Part shown: one piece after another, positions 37,760-48,668 of the stretch
How positions within the stretch are numbered: the first letter of the stretch is position 1
Layout of the letters: each line of letters begins with the position of its first letter
Source of the DNA: an uncultured virus (IMG/VR IMGVR_UViG_3300024302_000003)
Lineage: Duplodnaviria; Heunggongvirae; Uroviricota; Caudoviricetes
Length of the DNA stretch: 64,000 nt
IMG/VR virus record: IMGVR_UViG_3300024302_000003
Strand: one strand, 5' to 3'
The notes under the pieces: generated by a model
The model's database searches: none
Seen by the model: only the letters and a program-made list of their open reading frames with translations
Told to the model about the DNA's origin: nothing
Position numbers and translations under genes: made by a program

Positions 37760-38449
37760 ATGGAAATAAAAACATACAACAAGGCAGATAGTCCACGAGC
37801 AGGCTTAGTTGCTCTCTACTATGGAGAACCAGGTACTGGTAAAACTTTTAACGCACTCTCATATCCTGGACCTATGTTAGTCATAGATACAGAAACCAGA
37901 TGTGAGTTAGTATTGCGGCAACAAGAGGAGGACAAAGAGGTATATATAGCACCGGCACAGTCACTGGCAGATATAAGAGAGTCATTAAATTTCTTTTACC
38001 AAAAAACAAAAGACATCGAACGCGGCTCTAGTATTATCTCGCCCGCAACTGTAGTGATTGATTCCGCCACGCTATTATTACAAATGGCACAAGAAGAATA
38101 CTTGAAGACATCCGGCGCACAAAAGATATATCCACAATTTATGTGGGGGGAAGTTTATGCTCTACTGGATGAACTAATCATGAAAATGCGTAATTTTGGT
38201 TGCAATATTGTTTTCACGGGACAATTAAAAGATGAATATACTGGAGAAGGTAAGACCGGTAGAAAGATTTTGGATGTATATAAGCGAATACCTTTTTGGT
38301 GTGATCTTATTATTGAGTGCACCTCAAACAGGGAGGATAAGTCACGCTCATTAACGGTAATAAAAAACGGGTATAGTGAGCACCAGTATTTTAAAATCCC
38401 TGCGGGCTTAGAAGGTATCGACGCTTTAATAAATTTAAACCAGTGCTAA
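37760..38449 (+). CDS. Sak4/AAA_24-like P-loop ATPase
   Basis: YGEPGTGKT, VIDTE, VVIDS. Confidence 0.8.
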   Translation: MEIKTYNKADSPRAGLVALYYGEPGTGKTFNALSYPGPMLVIDTETRCELVLRQQEEDKEVYIAPAQSLADIRESLNFFYQKTKDIERGSSIISPATVVIDSATLLLQMAQEEYLKTSGAQKIYPQFMWGEVYALLDELIMKMRNFGCNIVFTGQLKDEYTGEGKTGRKILDVYKRIPFWCDLIIECTSNREDKSRSLTVIKNGYSEHQYFKIPAGLEGIDALINLNQC

Positions 38450-38793
38450 AGATAGCTCTTTTCACAAGGGAGGATGTATTTATATTTGCTGAGTTAGATA
38501 GCATGTTGATGTATCTATTTCTAGGAGATATATACAAAGAGGATATAAAGTATGTTCTCGAAGTGAATAAAGATGTAGATGCAATATGTTTAGATACTCA
38601 GAGATTTAAAGAGGTATTAGGTAAAAGCTTCGAGATAAATACTTTTAATCTCATGCATTATAAAACATTAAAAACACATATGTTACAAACTATATTAAAA
38701 GAAGAAGAAGAAGAAGAGATACTGATAATGCCCTTTCTGAAAGACAAGACTGTCCATGATGTTAGAGCGGCTTACTTAAACTAGGAGATAAAA

Positions 38794-39816
38794 ATGGCTG
38801 AAACAGCGCAAACAATTAAAGAAATTTTAATGAGACAGATCGATGTCCCTATCTATATCTGGGGTCCTCCTGGGATTGGAAAATCAGATATCGTTAAACA
38901 AGTGGGAGAAGAGTTAGGGGTAGACGTAATCGACATACGGCTCTCCCTTATGGACCCTACAGACTTACGAGGTGTTCCTATGATAATTGAGGGAGAAGCT
39001 AAGTGGGTTAAACCAAGCTTTCTTCCCAAGGAAGAGAACACTATCATATTCTTCGATGAGCTAAACCACGCTCCTCCTAGCGTTCAATCAGCTGCCTATC
39101 AAATCATACTTGATGGACGAATTGGCGAGCACCGTCTCCCTAATAATACAATTCGTATTGCGGCTGGTAACCAAAAAGGAGAGGGTATTCTAGGATATGA
39201 TTTACCCTTGCCTTTAAAGAACCGTTTTGTGCACTTAGAGATGCGTCACGATAAAAATGCCTGGGTAGAGTGGGCTCGGGATTCTGCTATTGATACTAGG
39301 ATTATCTCTTTTATTGAGTCCAAGCCAGAGCTTCTTATGGAGTTACCAAAAGGGCAAGCAACACAAAGTGCTTATGGTTTTCCTACCCCCAGGAGTTGGG
39401 TTTTTACCTCTAAAATCATAAAAGGTCTTAGTTTAAAGGAAGAGGAAAAGATACTCGCTCCTTTAGTGGAAGGGGCTATTGGGAAAAAAGCATCGGCTAT
39501 ATTTAATGCATATTTGTTATTACTAGAAGAGTATAAAACACCTGAGTTTATCTTGGATAATCCAGATTACATAACAAAAGACGTAGATAAAAGTGTTATG
39601 TGGAGTGTACTTACCTCCGTTGCGGAGATTGTAACAGAAGATAAAAAAGATAACTTCCTAAGATTAATTGACAACCCCTCGATCCCCAAAGAGCTTAGTC
39701 AGTATGCGCTATCACTTGCTTTGAGTACTTACTGCAAAACTTGGTTACTTTCTGGCGATATCCTTAAGAAAGCTCTTAACAGCGAAGAGGTAAAACTTGC
39801 TGCCAATTCTCTATGA
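38794..39816 (+). CDS. MoxR-type AAA+ ATPase
   Basis: WGPPGIGKS, DPTDLRGVP, FFDELN, AAGN, NRF, PTPRSW. Confidence 0.9.
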   Translation: MAETAQTIKEILMRQIDVPIYIWGPPGIGKSDIVKQVGEELGVDVIDIRLSLMDPTDLRGVPMIIEGEAKWVKPSFLPKEENTIIFFDELNHAPPSVQSAAYQIILDGRIGEHRLPNNTIRIAAGNQKGEGILGYDLPLPLKNRFVHLEMRHDKNAWVEWARDSAIDTRIISFIESKPELLMELPKGQATQSAYGFPTPRSWVFTSKIIKGLSLKEEEKILAPLVEGAIGKKASAIFNAYLLLLEEYKTPEFILDNPDYITKDVDKSVMWSVLTSVAEIVTEDKKDNFLRLIDNPSIPKELSQYALSLALSTYCKTWLLSGDILKKALNSEEVKLAANSL

Positions 39817-41030
39817 TTGATAAAGTAACTCTAGCTACTAATCTGCGAGCAACTAAAATTTTTCTAATGCATAAAGCCCCTTTCTTCGGCGCTTTATTCT
39901 ATGGGACTACAATAAGTATTAATGAAGAGGAGGAGAGGCCTTCCTGCGCTTGGACAGATGGAGAGACTATTTATTTCAATCTGCAACAGCTAAATACCTT
40001 ACTGGAAGACTCTTTTATGGCTATGAAAGAAAAAGAAGTAAACAAAGAACACTTTATTTTTGAATGCATTACGTTCCTAGCCATTCACGAATTGATGCAC
40101 TGCATGTTTCTTCATTTAGAAAGAAAAGGCGCTAGAGAAGCACTTATTTGGAATTGTGCTGCAGATGTAACAATTAATACATTAATAGATCAGTGGTTCC
40201 CATCTTTGAGGTCCCCAAAAGGTTTGTTAACTGCATCTTCTTTCAATCTTAATAATGTAAGAAATAAAACAACCGAAACTGTTTATGATGAGTTATTAAA
40301 TAAGGGAGTAGATCCTTCAAGAATGACCATGCTAGATCTACAAGAGGATCTGGAGAAAAATAGCCAAGATCTTAAAGATGAATGGCAAAAGAAAATGGAG
40401 CAGGCTAAGGCGCAATGCTCTGGAAATATCCAACCAAGAGACGCTCGCCCTATTTCTGGCCGAACTGATTCACTAATAGACTTATTAGATGAGGTGTACG
40501 AGCCTAAAGTTAATTGGAGAGAGCTAATCGATCACTTGGGTGGAGAGATAGCTAAAGGAGACTTTAGTTTTCGGAGACAGTCTAAAAATAGCATAGGTAC
40601 AAATTATTACTTACCTAGTATGCATACATATGAACCTTTTGTGGTGGTAGCTATCGATACTAGTGGAAGTATTTCCAAAATGGAATATGTTCGATTTATG
40701 TCGGAAGTAAGGGGTATCTTGTCCTTGCATAATTGTAAAGTAGGCTTACTCCAGTGTGATACCTCTATCACAAGCTATGTAGAGCTCTCTACGGGAGATG
40801 CGCTACCACCTGTAAAGGGAGGAGGGGGAACTAGATTTAAGCCGGTTTTTGAATATCTAAATTCTATTAATAGAAGCATAGAGGCCCTTCTTTATTTCAC
40901 TGATGGATATAACTTCGATTCAGGTTTTGAAAAAGCTCTGGCTGTAAATCACCAAGTCGTTTGGGTCATGACAACAGGAGTAACTGCACCTGAAATTGGA
41001 CGAAGTTTGCGCTACGATCCTTATACTTAG
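39813..41030 (+). CDS. VWA-like domain protein with N-terminal HExxH domain (DUF2201-like)
   Basis: AWTDG, HELMH, DTSGS MIDAS, GGGGT, YFTDGY. Confidence 0.88.
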   Translation: MIDKVTLATNLRATKIFLMHKAPFFGALFYGTTISINEEEERPSCAWTDGETIYFNLQQLNTLLEDSFMAMKEKEVNKEHFIFECITFLAIHELMHCMFLHLERKGAREALIWNCAADVTINTLIDQWFPSLRSPKGLLTASSFNLNNVRNKTTETVYDELLNKGVDPSRMTMLDLQEDLEKNSQDLKDEWQKKMEQAKAQCSGNIQPRDARPISGRTDSLIDLLDEVYEPKVNWRELIDHLGGEIAKGDFSFRRQSKNSIGTNYYLPSMHTYEPFVVVAIDTSGSISKMEYVRFMSEVRGILSLHNCKVGLLQCDTSITSYVELSTGDALPPVKGGGGTRFKPVFEYLNSINRSIEALLYFTDGYNFDSGFEKALAVNHQVVWVMTTGVTAPEIGRSLRYDPYT

Positions 41031-44029
41031 CGTAAGCCTTGAACTATGTCTAGATTAAAGTGGGGGATGACTGTAAGGACTTCCCCCTCTTTCTCTATAG
41101 ATATCTCTGCTATATAACGCCCAACAAGTGCCGTTTCTTCTTTTGTTAAAAGTATAGCCGCACGTCCGTTAATATCAGATGTAATAGTACATTCTCTATC
41201 TACCATTAATACAGAGTTATAAGCAGCTTTCATGGCAAAATAAACTGTATACCCGGTTAAATTCTTTGGCAACTGAGTGATCTTATCAATAACTCTTACA
41301 GCTAACGTAGGGGTATCGCCGGAAGCAAATGTAGTGTCGTCAATATCCAAATCGAGTACATTCGTACTAAACCGCCTTAATGGATTAAGCTCCTCTGAGA
41401 CGCCCTGTAACGTAACTGTAGTGTCCTCTGTTATATTCATATAACGCACATATGTATCGTTGTTTTCGCGCGTGAGCTTTAGTTTATAGTCCCCTGGGAT
41501 TAAAGATAGCTTAACACTACCAGCTTCTGCTGCTGTGTAATTATCAATAACAATTGGATGCGGATATACAGCTGTATTCCATACATCTATAGTAGGTTTA
41601 CCAAAACCGCCTACTAATGTTATATCCTCTATATTAACGGTGCATCCTACTACCTCAACTAAACCACTTGTGGTTGTTGAGTTATTATGAGCAAAGAGTG
41701 CTGCTTGTGCGCTTCTCTCACCTACTCCATTCAGTATGTCCCCTGTAGCCCATTGGCCATCTATGCTAAAGTAAGTATTACGTAATCCTGTAAGAGGCTT
41801 ACTGAAATCAGACTGTTCATATGTTGTATAAGGCTCTGCTTTACTAACCACAACATTTTCAATAAAGATGCTATTATCTTTAATTATATTATAATTAAGT
41901 ATAGCTCCTTCTTCATTAAGAGTGAAGAAGGTGTTAAAGCTCAAGTAAGCATTCTCCCCTACATAATTAATTATATCGGTATACTGTGTCCATTCTTCGT
42001 TTAACGATATGTCACTTTCCCACAAAGGTTCATCTATATCCACTTTTTCTAGTGAGTTATCTAAGCGAACTTTCATTTGATATGGTTCAAAATCTTCTTT
42101 TTCTATCCTAGCGTAAAAAGACACTAAATAAGAACCAGTGTCTACCATACCTTCATTAGCTAGTGTAAAAGCAGCTGCTCCTGAAGTGCCTAACTTGATT
42201 TCTAATGCGTGATTTTTCTGACTGCCAGGGCCTATCTCATAAGTAGATCCTATCTCGTGTGTTTGCCAATACATAAGCGAATTATTAAAATCGCCATTAA
42301 GTATCTGATTATTTTTTGTCTCTGAAGCTATAGATATATCCATAGCATTGCCGTTAAAGTCAGCTGTTATCTCCTTAATCGTAAGGTTATCAAAAACAAT
42401 ATCAGGATTATCTAGGCCTGTATTGATAGCAAACGAAGGTCCTTTAGAATAAAAATGTTTCTGATGGTGGCTACTTTCCGTCGTCATGGATAGCAAAATA
42501 GACTGTGTACTTAATGCATTCCCCCAATCCCCCATATCTAACCACAAATGAAGGGGCTCTAAAACTAGTGCACCATTATCAACATGATCACTGTAGTGCT
42601 TGTACGCATCATACTCTATTAGATAAGGTTTGCCTGTTTCTAATATATTTTTCTGTCCGATTGAGAAGCGTCCATCATCATAAGAATATATTCTGCAGGC
42701 AGTGGATGTTTCGTCTTCACTGTATTCTTCAATAGCGTCTCGTATATTCTCTGTCCGGTTTATATACTCCCAATCACTAGCTTGTCCATCTTCTTGCCAT
42801 AAGGCAAAATCGTTATTTAATACTAAATTGGGGCCTGTTTCGTACACAACATCAGTCCATGAAAGCATGTCCGGCGAAAAGAAATTCTTTAATACTTGCA
42901 CATCAGTTCCATATTTTACAGGCGCATCGTTACCGAGATAAGAAGGTTTATCCTCAAAAGAGTACAAAAGTTTGATACTAGAAACAAGGCACTCGTTTAG
43001 CCCATCACTATGTACAAAAACTTTTAAAGCAAAAAGCTCGTCCTCCTGCTCGGTAGGGTTATACTCATATAAACAAGCATTTAGCTCCTCTAAAGTTGAG
43101 GATACACCAAAGGTCTCGTCTATAGCTGTATCCCAAGGAGGACTATTCCTAGGTATTTTCCAAGTAACTCCTCCATCATATGAAACTTGAAAACCTAGCG
43201 TGCATCCTTCTGCATCTACTTCAATACCGATAGCCCTAAAACCGATTACGTTAGTCTCCAAGACAGTAACAAAGTAGGTATCTTCTACAGGATAGAGAGG
43301 ATAAACGAGCCACTGAGTGCTTTTTAAACTGTCAGTTAGTATATGAAACTGAGCTATATACAGGCCAGGAGAGGCTGTACCTGGATATCCGCCTACGTAT
43401 AAAGGCTTTGCGTGGCCCCTTAAAATAGGTCTCTCCTCTGTTGCTACAAAAGACTCGTAACCATTTACGCAGAAAGTAAAGCCTGTTTCATCTACCTGAA
43501 TAGATAAGGCCACCAGATCTCCTACAGGTACAATAGGACCTTGGATTAGCTGTTCCTCCCCAAATAAGGGAGTATACGCAAAGTTTATTTTATAGTCTTC
43601 AGTATATAGCTCATAAACGAGGGTATTATCGTCTACAATTTTTGCTATTGTTTGTTTAGAAGATGTATGAAGCTGAGCTAAACACCTAATTGTAAAGTTC
43701 TCTTTTTTTCGAATAGCTTCGTATGTTTCTATCTTTATATAAGAATTAAACCCTTCGCAACCAAAAAATAACGAAGCTGCCGGTTGAGTGTTGTCTGAGT
43801 GTCTTACGTGTCTTTGTATATTACTAGAACTTATTTGTGCCTTATGGAGGCTCTCATCAATAATAGCTAAGCTGTTACTATCCTCGTTAATATATACACC
43901 AACAGGGAAGCCTTTTAACCCTCTTTCAATATTAAACGCTTTTAAGCTTATTCCGTTGTCTTTTATATCAAAGAGCTGTGGCTTAAAAAAAGTTTTATTA
44001 CTATCTGTTAAATCAAAAGGCGCTTTCAT
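41027..44029 (-). CDS. virion receptor-binding/baseplate protein (LamG-like, carbohydrate-binding-like, C-terminal BppU-like domain)
   Basis: PLYVGG LamG-like segment; NLVLNNDF and NQILNGDF CBM-like starts; GDTPTL...NLTGYTVYFAMK...GRYIAEI. Confidence 0.6.
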   Translation of the reverse strand: MKAPFDLTDSNKTFFKPQLFDIKDNGISLKAFNIERGLKGFPVGVYINEDSNSLAIIDESLHKAQISSSNIQRHVRHSDNTQPAASLFFGCEGFNSYIKIETYEAIRKKENFTIRCLAQLHTSSKQTIAKIVDDNTLVYELYTEDYKINFAYTPLFGEEQLIQGPIVPVGDLVALSIQVDETGFTFCVNGYESFVATEERPILRGHAKPLYVGGYPGTASPGLYIAQFHILTDSLKSTQWLVYPLYPVEDTYFVTVLETNVIGFRAIGIEVDAEGCTLGFQVSYDGGVTWKIPRNSPPWDTAIDETFGVSSTLEELNACLYEYNPTEQEDELFALKVFVHSDGLNECLVSSIKLLYSFEDKPSYLGNDAPVKYGTDVQVLKNFFSPDMLSWTDVVYETGPNLVLNNDFALWQEDGQASDWEYINRTENIRDAIEEYSEDETSTACRIYSYDDGRFSIGQKNILETGKPYLIEYDAYKHYSDHVDNGALVLEPLHLWLDMGDWGNALSTQSILLSMTTESSHHQKHFYSKGPSFAINTGLDNPDIVFDNLTIKEITADFNGNAMDISIASETKNNQILNGDFNNSLMYWQTHEIGSTYEIGPGSQKNHALEIKLGTSGAAAFTLANEGMVDTGSYLVSFYARIEKEDFEPYQMKVRLDNSLEKVDIDEPLWESDISLNEEWTQYTDIINYVGENAYLSFNTFFTLNEEGAILNYNIIKDNSIFIENVVVSKAEPYTTYEQSDFSKPLTGLRNTYFSIDGQWATGDILNGVGERSAQAALFAHNNSTTTSGLVEVVGCTVNIEDITLVGGFGKPTIDVWNTAVYPHPIVIDNYTAAEAGSVKLSLIPGDYKLKLTRENNDTYVRYMNITEDTTVTLQGVSEELNPLRRFSTNVLDLDIDDTTFASGDTPTLAVRVIDKITQLPKNLTGYTVYFAMKAAYNSVLMVDRECTITSDINGRAAILLTKEETALVGRYIAEISIEKEGEVLTVIPHFNLDIVQGLR

Positions 44030-44361
44030 GAATCCAACCTTGTCCCTAGTTTATTCCAATCTATATCTTCTGCGCCTTCAGGTACTGTAACCAACCTAAT
44101 CAGACCTAACGAAGGTATTTCTATACGATATCCCATACGATCATAGATAAATTGACTAGTGATAGTGTCAAAATCTGTTTCGGCGTATAGCGTTGTTTCA
44201 AAGTAACCTTCTTCGTCGGTTACAACTTCTATAGGTATTAAACTGACCATTTCGTTTTCAGTTGTATAAGCCATAACAGCTAGAGGTCTAAAGTATATGT
44301 ATATATCTGATAACGGAGTTGTATCGGATTTTACTAATTTACCAGTTACTTTTCGTGTCAT
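44026..44361 (-). CDS. small virion beta-sandwich protein
   Basis: VTGKL...VVTDEEGYFETTL. Confidence 0.45.
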   Translation of the reverse strand: MTRKVTGKLVKSDTTPLSDIYIYFRPLAVMAYTTENEMVSLIPIEVVTDEEGYFETTLYAETDFDTITSQFIYDRMGYRIEIPSLGLIRLVTVPEGAEDIDWNKLGTRLDS

Positions 44362-44731
44362 TATTTAACCAGAGTAGAGGTCCATTTTTTTCTATATCTT
44401 CTTCTTTAATCTCTTCAAGTTGAATACCATTAATTGTATCTACTGTAAGAGAATACCATTGATCCTGAAAAAGAAAGACTAAATAAGAGCGTACTATCTT
44501 ACTACCTTCCATTGACTTTATAGCCGTATTGCCTTTACCTATTTTATCCCAACGAGCAATGCTGAGAGTTTGTTTAGCTAAAAAATCTCTTAAGGTGATT
44601 ATATGTTGATTTTCATCGTAAATAATAGCTTTATTCGCAGTCGCACTCATTCATTTAATTATAAACACATTATATCAAAACTCCAAAATCACTATGTGTT
44701 AAAAAATAGGTATTAGAAGGCATAAAAGAGC

Positions 44732-45898
44732 ATGTTAGATACAGAAAATGTAAAAGTACTTACAAGAGGATTGGAGAGTTTAGATTATCAGACTCTTTCT
44801 TTTATACCTATTAACCCCACTCTGCAAGCAGCTGTGCACCCAACATCGTCTCTATATCAGAATAACCAGCGTAAGCACACTACACGGCTTAACTTAAATA
44901 TAAAGTATAAAACAGAAGCTTTAGAAGAAGCCTTAAAGCTTGAAACATACCTGTCTCTTTTCTTAGGCGATATACAACAATATGCAATTTTCTGTGTACA
45001 AATAGATAATAGTTATTACTACTGTTTTAATAAGGTTATAGACATTTTAAAGGGTTTAGAGTGTTTTACAGATAGAAGAGATATTTATTTTACAGAACAA
45101 CCCATTAACCCTTTTAATGCTCTCAGAGTTGGTTATCCTTGGACTGAGAAGCCTTCTATATATGAGGAAAAACAACGAGTCGCAAAACTACTTTCCTCTA
45201 AAGATGGACGCACTATGTTGTTTAATATGCTAGGCTTATATATAAAACCTAGTATATTTGGTAGCTATAGTCTTAGTGACGAGGTAAGGTCTTTACGTAA
45301 TTTAGATGTTAGATTTCAGCATAAAGAGGATCTAACATTGGTAGCTAATGCCTTGTTACATAATAGTATCTTGGTACCTATAAAGAGTACATATACTGAA
45401 GCAAACATAGAGTTAAAGGAAGCCTATTTAAATATAGATGGCGAAAAAGCTTTTCTTATAAACCGTAAAAAATACTATATTGAAAAGTTAAAAACACAGC
45501 CCCCTTCTTCTTTATTACATTTTGCTCCCGCAGAGATACAAGAGCTTACGGAAAATCAGAAATACGTTTCATTACGAAACCATACCTGTCTCGATAAAAA
45601 CTGTTCTGTAGGTTACTACATTAAACATAAAATGCAGTTGAAACGAAGTTCTATTCTATGTATAGGCGAGAAGACCTTTTTTCCCTCACCCTCCTATTAC
45701 AGCTTAACTAATCAAAATTCTGTCGTAGGCTTAATTAGCGGCTTAATAAGTGTAGATTCGTTTTCCAGTTCTGTGCGAAATTACAGAAGAACTTTCATCA
45801 GTGTATCAGATATATTGACAGTCTTTTTAAGTCTATCATCGCTACTAGCTCAAGAGCGCGTGCTCCTACATAGAAGACGACATATTATTGGACATTAA
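44732..45898 (+). CDS. hypothetical protein
   Basis: 388-aa ORF behind a GGTATTA motif. Confidence 0.6.
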   Translation: MLDTENVKVLTRGLESLDYQTLSFIPINPTLQAAVHPTSSLYQNNQRKHTTRLNLNIKYKTEALEEALKLETYLSLFLGDIQQYAIFCVQIDNSYYYCFNKVIDILKGLECFTDRRDIYFTEQPINPFNALRVGYPWTEKPSIYEEKQRVAKLLSSKDGRTMLFNMLGLYIKPSIFGSYSLSDEVRSLRNLDVRFQHKEDLTLVANALLHNSILVPIKSTYTEANIELKEAYLNIDGEKAFLINRKKYYIEKLKTQPPSSLLHFAPAEIQELTENQKYVSLRNHTCLDKNCSVGYYIKHKMQLKRSSILCIGEKTFFPSPSYYSLTNQNSVVGLISGLISVDSFSSSVRNYRRTFISVSDILTVFLSLSSLLAQERVLLHRRRHIIGH

Positions 45899-46674
45899 GC
45901 GAAAAAGGTTCTCATCACAATAACAATATCTTTCTTAGTCTGCCCCCTAGTGATATCATCTGGTATCACTGGGCAGATTGAGAAATAAAACTCACTACTT
46001 ATTTTTTCGCTATTTGCGTCGTAAGTGATTCCATCAATACTAGTATAGCCTTCTTTTGGGACAATAACTGTAGCGGGCTCTAGATAACTACTATCTCCTT
46101 TTAAGTATTTAATACGGCTGCCATCCGAACCACCTTCGGTTAGTAACGGAGACACCCACCAACCAGAAGGAGGCCAGGACGACGATGAAACAAAACCCAT
46201 AGCTTCTGCCGTTAGATCGATAGCTCTAAGTAATGGCTTATTGCCAGTATTAGTCGTGCCAAGTAGTAAAGGGCTTTCTGGTTCTTCCCCAGTGAAAGCT
46301 GCCTCAAAGGTATCATAAGCCTCTAAGCGTGGTTTATTTATTAAAGTTGTGCCTTCAGCTGCTGCTGTTAAGGAAACACATAAATTAAACTGCCCGCTTG
46401 GGGCTGGTTTATTCCAATTAGGAATCTTAAGATACTGTAAACCCTCGGATGTTTCTGAGCGTAATACAAGGATGTCGGGAGAAGTAGGTGCTCCTCCCTC
46501 TTCTGGGCGCTTCATGGGCATCAATACCTCTTCGGTAGAGCTCCCCGCAGCATATAGTAAACGAGCTCGCTCGCTCTCAGTCGAAGAGAGCTCTTGCCAG
46601 TTTCCTGGGGTTTCCGATAGTGATTCGGTCTTTCCTTCCGTTTCCACAAACCATTTTATGATAGGTGCAGCCAT
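45895..46674 (-). CDS. probable virion protein
   Basis: 259-aa ORF in the minus-strand structural block. Confidence 0.5.
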   Translation of the reverse strand: MAAPIIKWFVETEGKTESLSETPGNWQELSSTESERARLLYAAGSSTEEVLMPMKRPEEGGAPTSPDILVLRSETSEGLQYLKIPNWNKPAPSGQFNLCVSLTAAAEGTTLINKPRLEAYDTFEAAFTGEEPESPLLLGTTNTGNKPLLRAIDLTAEAMGFVSSSSWPPSGWWVSPLLTEGGSDGSRIKYLKGDSSYLEPATVIVPKEGYTSIDGITYDANSEKISSEFYFSICPVIPDDITRGQTKKDIVIVMRTFFA

Positions 46675-47096
46675 TTTCTAATTTCTCATTTATCCAGTTA
46701 AAAGTTTCTTTTTTATTTTTGCATTTCTTAATGCCACTATTAAGTAGTTTACAGTACCACTCTATTAATTGAAAATCTGTAGGGAGTGAATAGAAGATCC
46801 ATTCTTTATCCTCGCAAAAATCTTTTTCGTCTATCCCCATAAGGCCCATACAGCATAACATGTAAACGGAAAGCTCCATACTCGTTTTAGGGCGAAACAT
46901 CATCTCCCATAAGCGGTATGGCACCATCTTTACCTTCAATCCGTCTTCTGTTTCAAAAGAAGCTGTAGAGGCTCCGGTATACGCATGACTATAGATAGAC
47001 TCCCATAAAGGGGTATGCTTATTTAAGAACATATATAAATCATTAAAATCTGTCTTTAATGTTTGTATAAATGTCCAATGCTTCTTTGATAGTTTT

Positions 47097-48668
47097 TTAA
47101 GCGTCATTAACTTTATACATCGCTCCAGTCACCAATGTCAGTCCAAGGCCGCTTTCTATCACACCTTCCTGCATTGTATCTACAGGTAGAGTAAGGGATA
47201 CCCCTTCAATACTACTGCGTAATAAGTTAAGATAATTACCAACAGGTTTCACTGGCTTGCTTTGTCCATTTAATGAATCTTCGTTATGAAACGTTTGCTT
47301 CCTCTCGCCTGAACTAACTATGGCAGCTTCGTTAGAAGCCCACTGTTGAGCCCAGCCTCCCACCTGCGCAAGATCTTTAGCCATGCCTGCATATATCCCT
47401 TGTAACTGATCTATTGTATAAAAAGATGGATCCTTTAGTAGAGCCTCATCGATATTTATGTGATAGAATAAATCACGGGCTTGAATAGTTTCTGTTCCAT
47501 CGTGTATTTGATAACTATTAATAAACAACCCAGTACCATCGAAGTCCTCTTGTCTGAGCGTTGTTTGCTGTATATGCGTAGTATCAAAGACCCTCCATGT
47601 ATTAGCATCTTGTTTTTCAAAACAGTTCCAGGCTAAAAAAGCAGTAAAGCCATACGTGGAATCAATACACCCAGCGCCTGCAATATCTACAACCACCATG
47701 TATGCTAGAGTACCTGGAGGGTCTAGGGAAACATCACGTCCAAATACGTTAACCATTGTACCTGGGTTGGGCAGCGCTGCGAAAGTTATAGTTAAATTAG
47801 TATTATCAATGACTGTACTATCAATCTTATAAGCAGCTTGGACTCCTGTTACTCTATCTATTATAAGCACGTCAGAACCTGTAGGTAAGACAACATCTTC
47901 GTAATGTTCTTTTATTATATCTGGGTGATCAGTCCAACCTTTTCCAACACCTGAACCCCACCCGTAACCGGAGTAATCCCCTACCTCATTAGGATTACTA
48001 CTGTAACGTAAACAAGGATCATTTGTTAGTGCGCTTGTGGAGCGTAGCCCAGTAATGCTCGTACCTGCTCCATCCACCATAACTGCAGATATAAGTCCCT
48101 GCCAAGGGGTATGTAAAGCCCAACAACCTAGCGAGGACTCAAAAACGCTTTTTTTAAGCATAGCTAGATCTATAGTTGCTTGTGTTGTGACGGCTTTCGC
48201 TACCATAAGAGATAGGATCAGAGATTCGCCATTAGGTACAATATTTTCGGATATTGGCAGCGTGGAAGGAAACTGCGCCCCGACATTATTCTCTACTATA
48301 AAATCGCCGTAACTAGTAATGATACCTGTATCAGGAACAGGACCAGATTTTTTCACATCCTCTAGGTCTACCGGACTATAGCCTTTCTGAAAACTACAAT
48401 AAGGACCCAGCCAAGTAGGAAGCATACTCTCAGTCTTGTTAGCAACGTGACTTATATACAGAGCAGCAGTACCTTCAATAGTCTCTATGGTCTCTAAAAA
48501 CACATTTACTGATTCAGATATAGCAAGATCAAAGCCCCTTAATTTCTTAGAGAGCTCTGTCTTTTTTTCTTGTAAAGCGTTTTCTTGGGAGGCAGCGCCA
48601 ATTACTAGTGTGCCTTCCTTGCCTTGAATGCCTAAAAGACCTTCAATGTTTTGCGCTTCATCCGTCAT
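47097..48668 (-). CDS. probable virion protein
   Basis: 523-aa G/T-rich ORF in the structural block. Confidence 0.5.
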   Translation of the reverse strand: MTDEAQNIEGLLGIQGKEGTLVIGAASQENALQEKKTELSKKLRGFDLAISESVNVFLETIETIEGTAALYISHVANKTESMLPTWLGPYCSFQKGYSPVDLEDVKKSGPVPDTGIITSYGDFIVENNVGAQFPSTLPISENIVPNGESLILSLMVAKAVTTQATIDLAMLKKSVFESSLGCWALHTPWQGLISAVMVDGAGTSITGLRSTSALTNDPCLRYSSNPNEVGDYSGYGWGSGVGKGWTDHPDIIKEHYEDVVLPTGSDVLIIDRVTGVQAAYKIDSTVIDNTNLTITFAALPNPGTMVNVFGRDVSLDPPGTLAYMVVVDIAGAGCIDSTYGFTAFLAWNCFEKQDANTWRVFDTTHIQQTTLRQEDFDGTGLFINSYQIHDGTETIQARDLFYHINIDEALLKDPSFYTIDQLQGIYAGMAKDLAQVGGWAQQWASNEAAIVSSGERKQTFHNEDSLNGQSKPVKPVGNYLNLLRSSIEGVSLTLPVDTMQEGVIESGLGLTLVTGAMYKVNDA

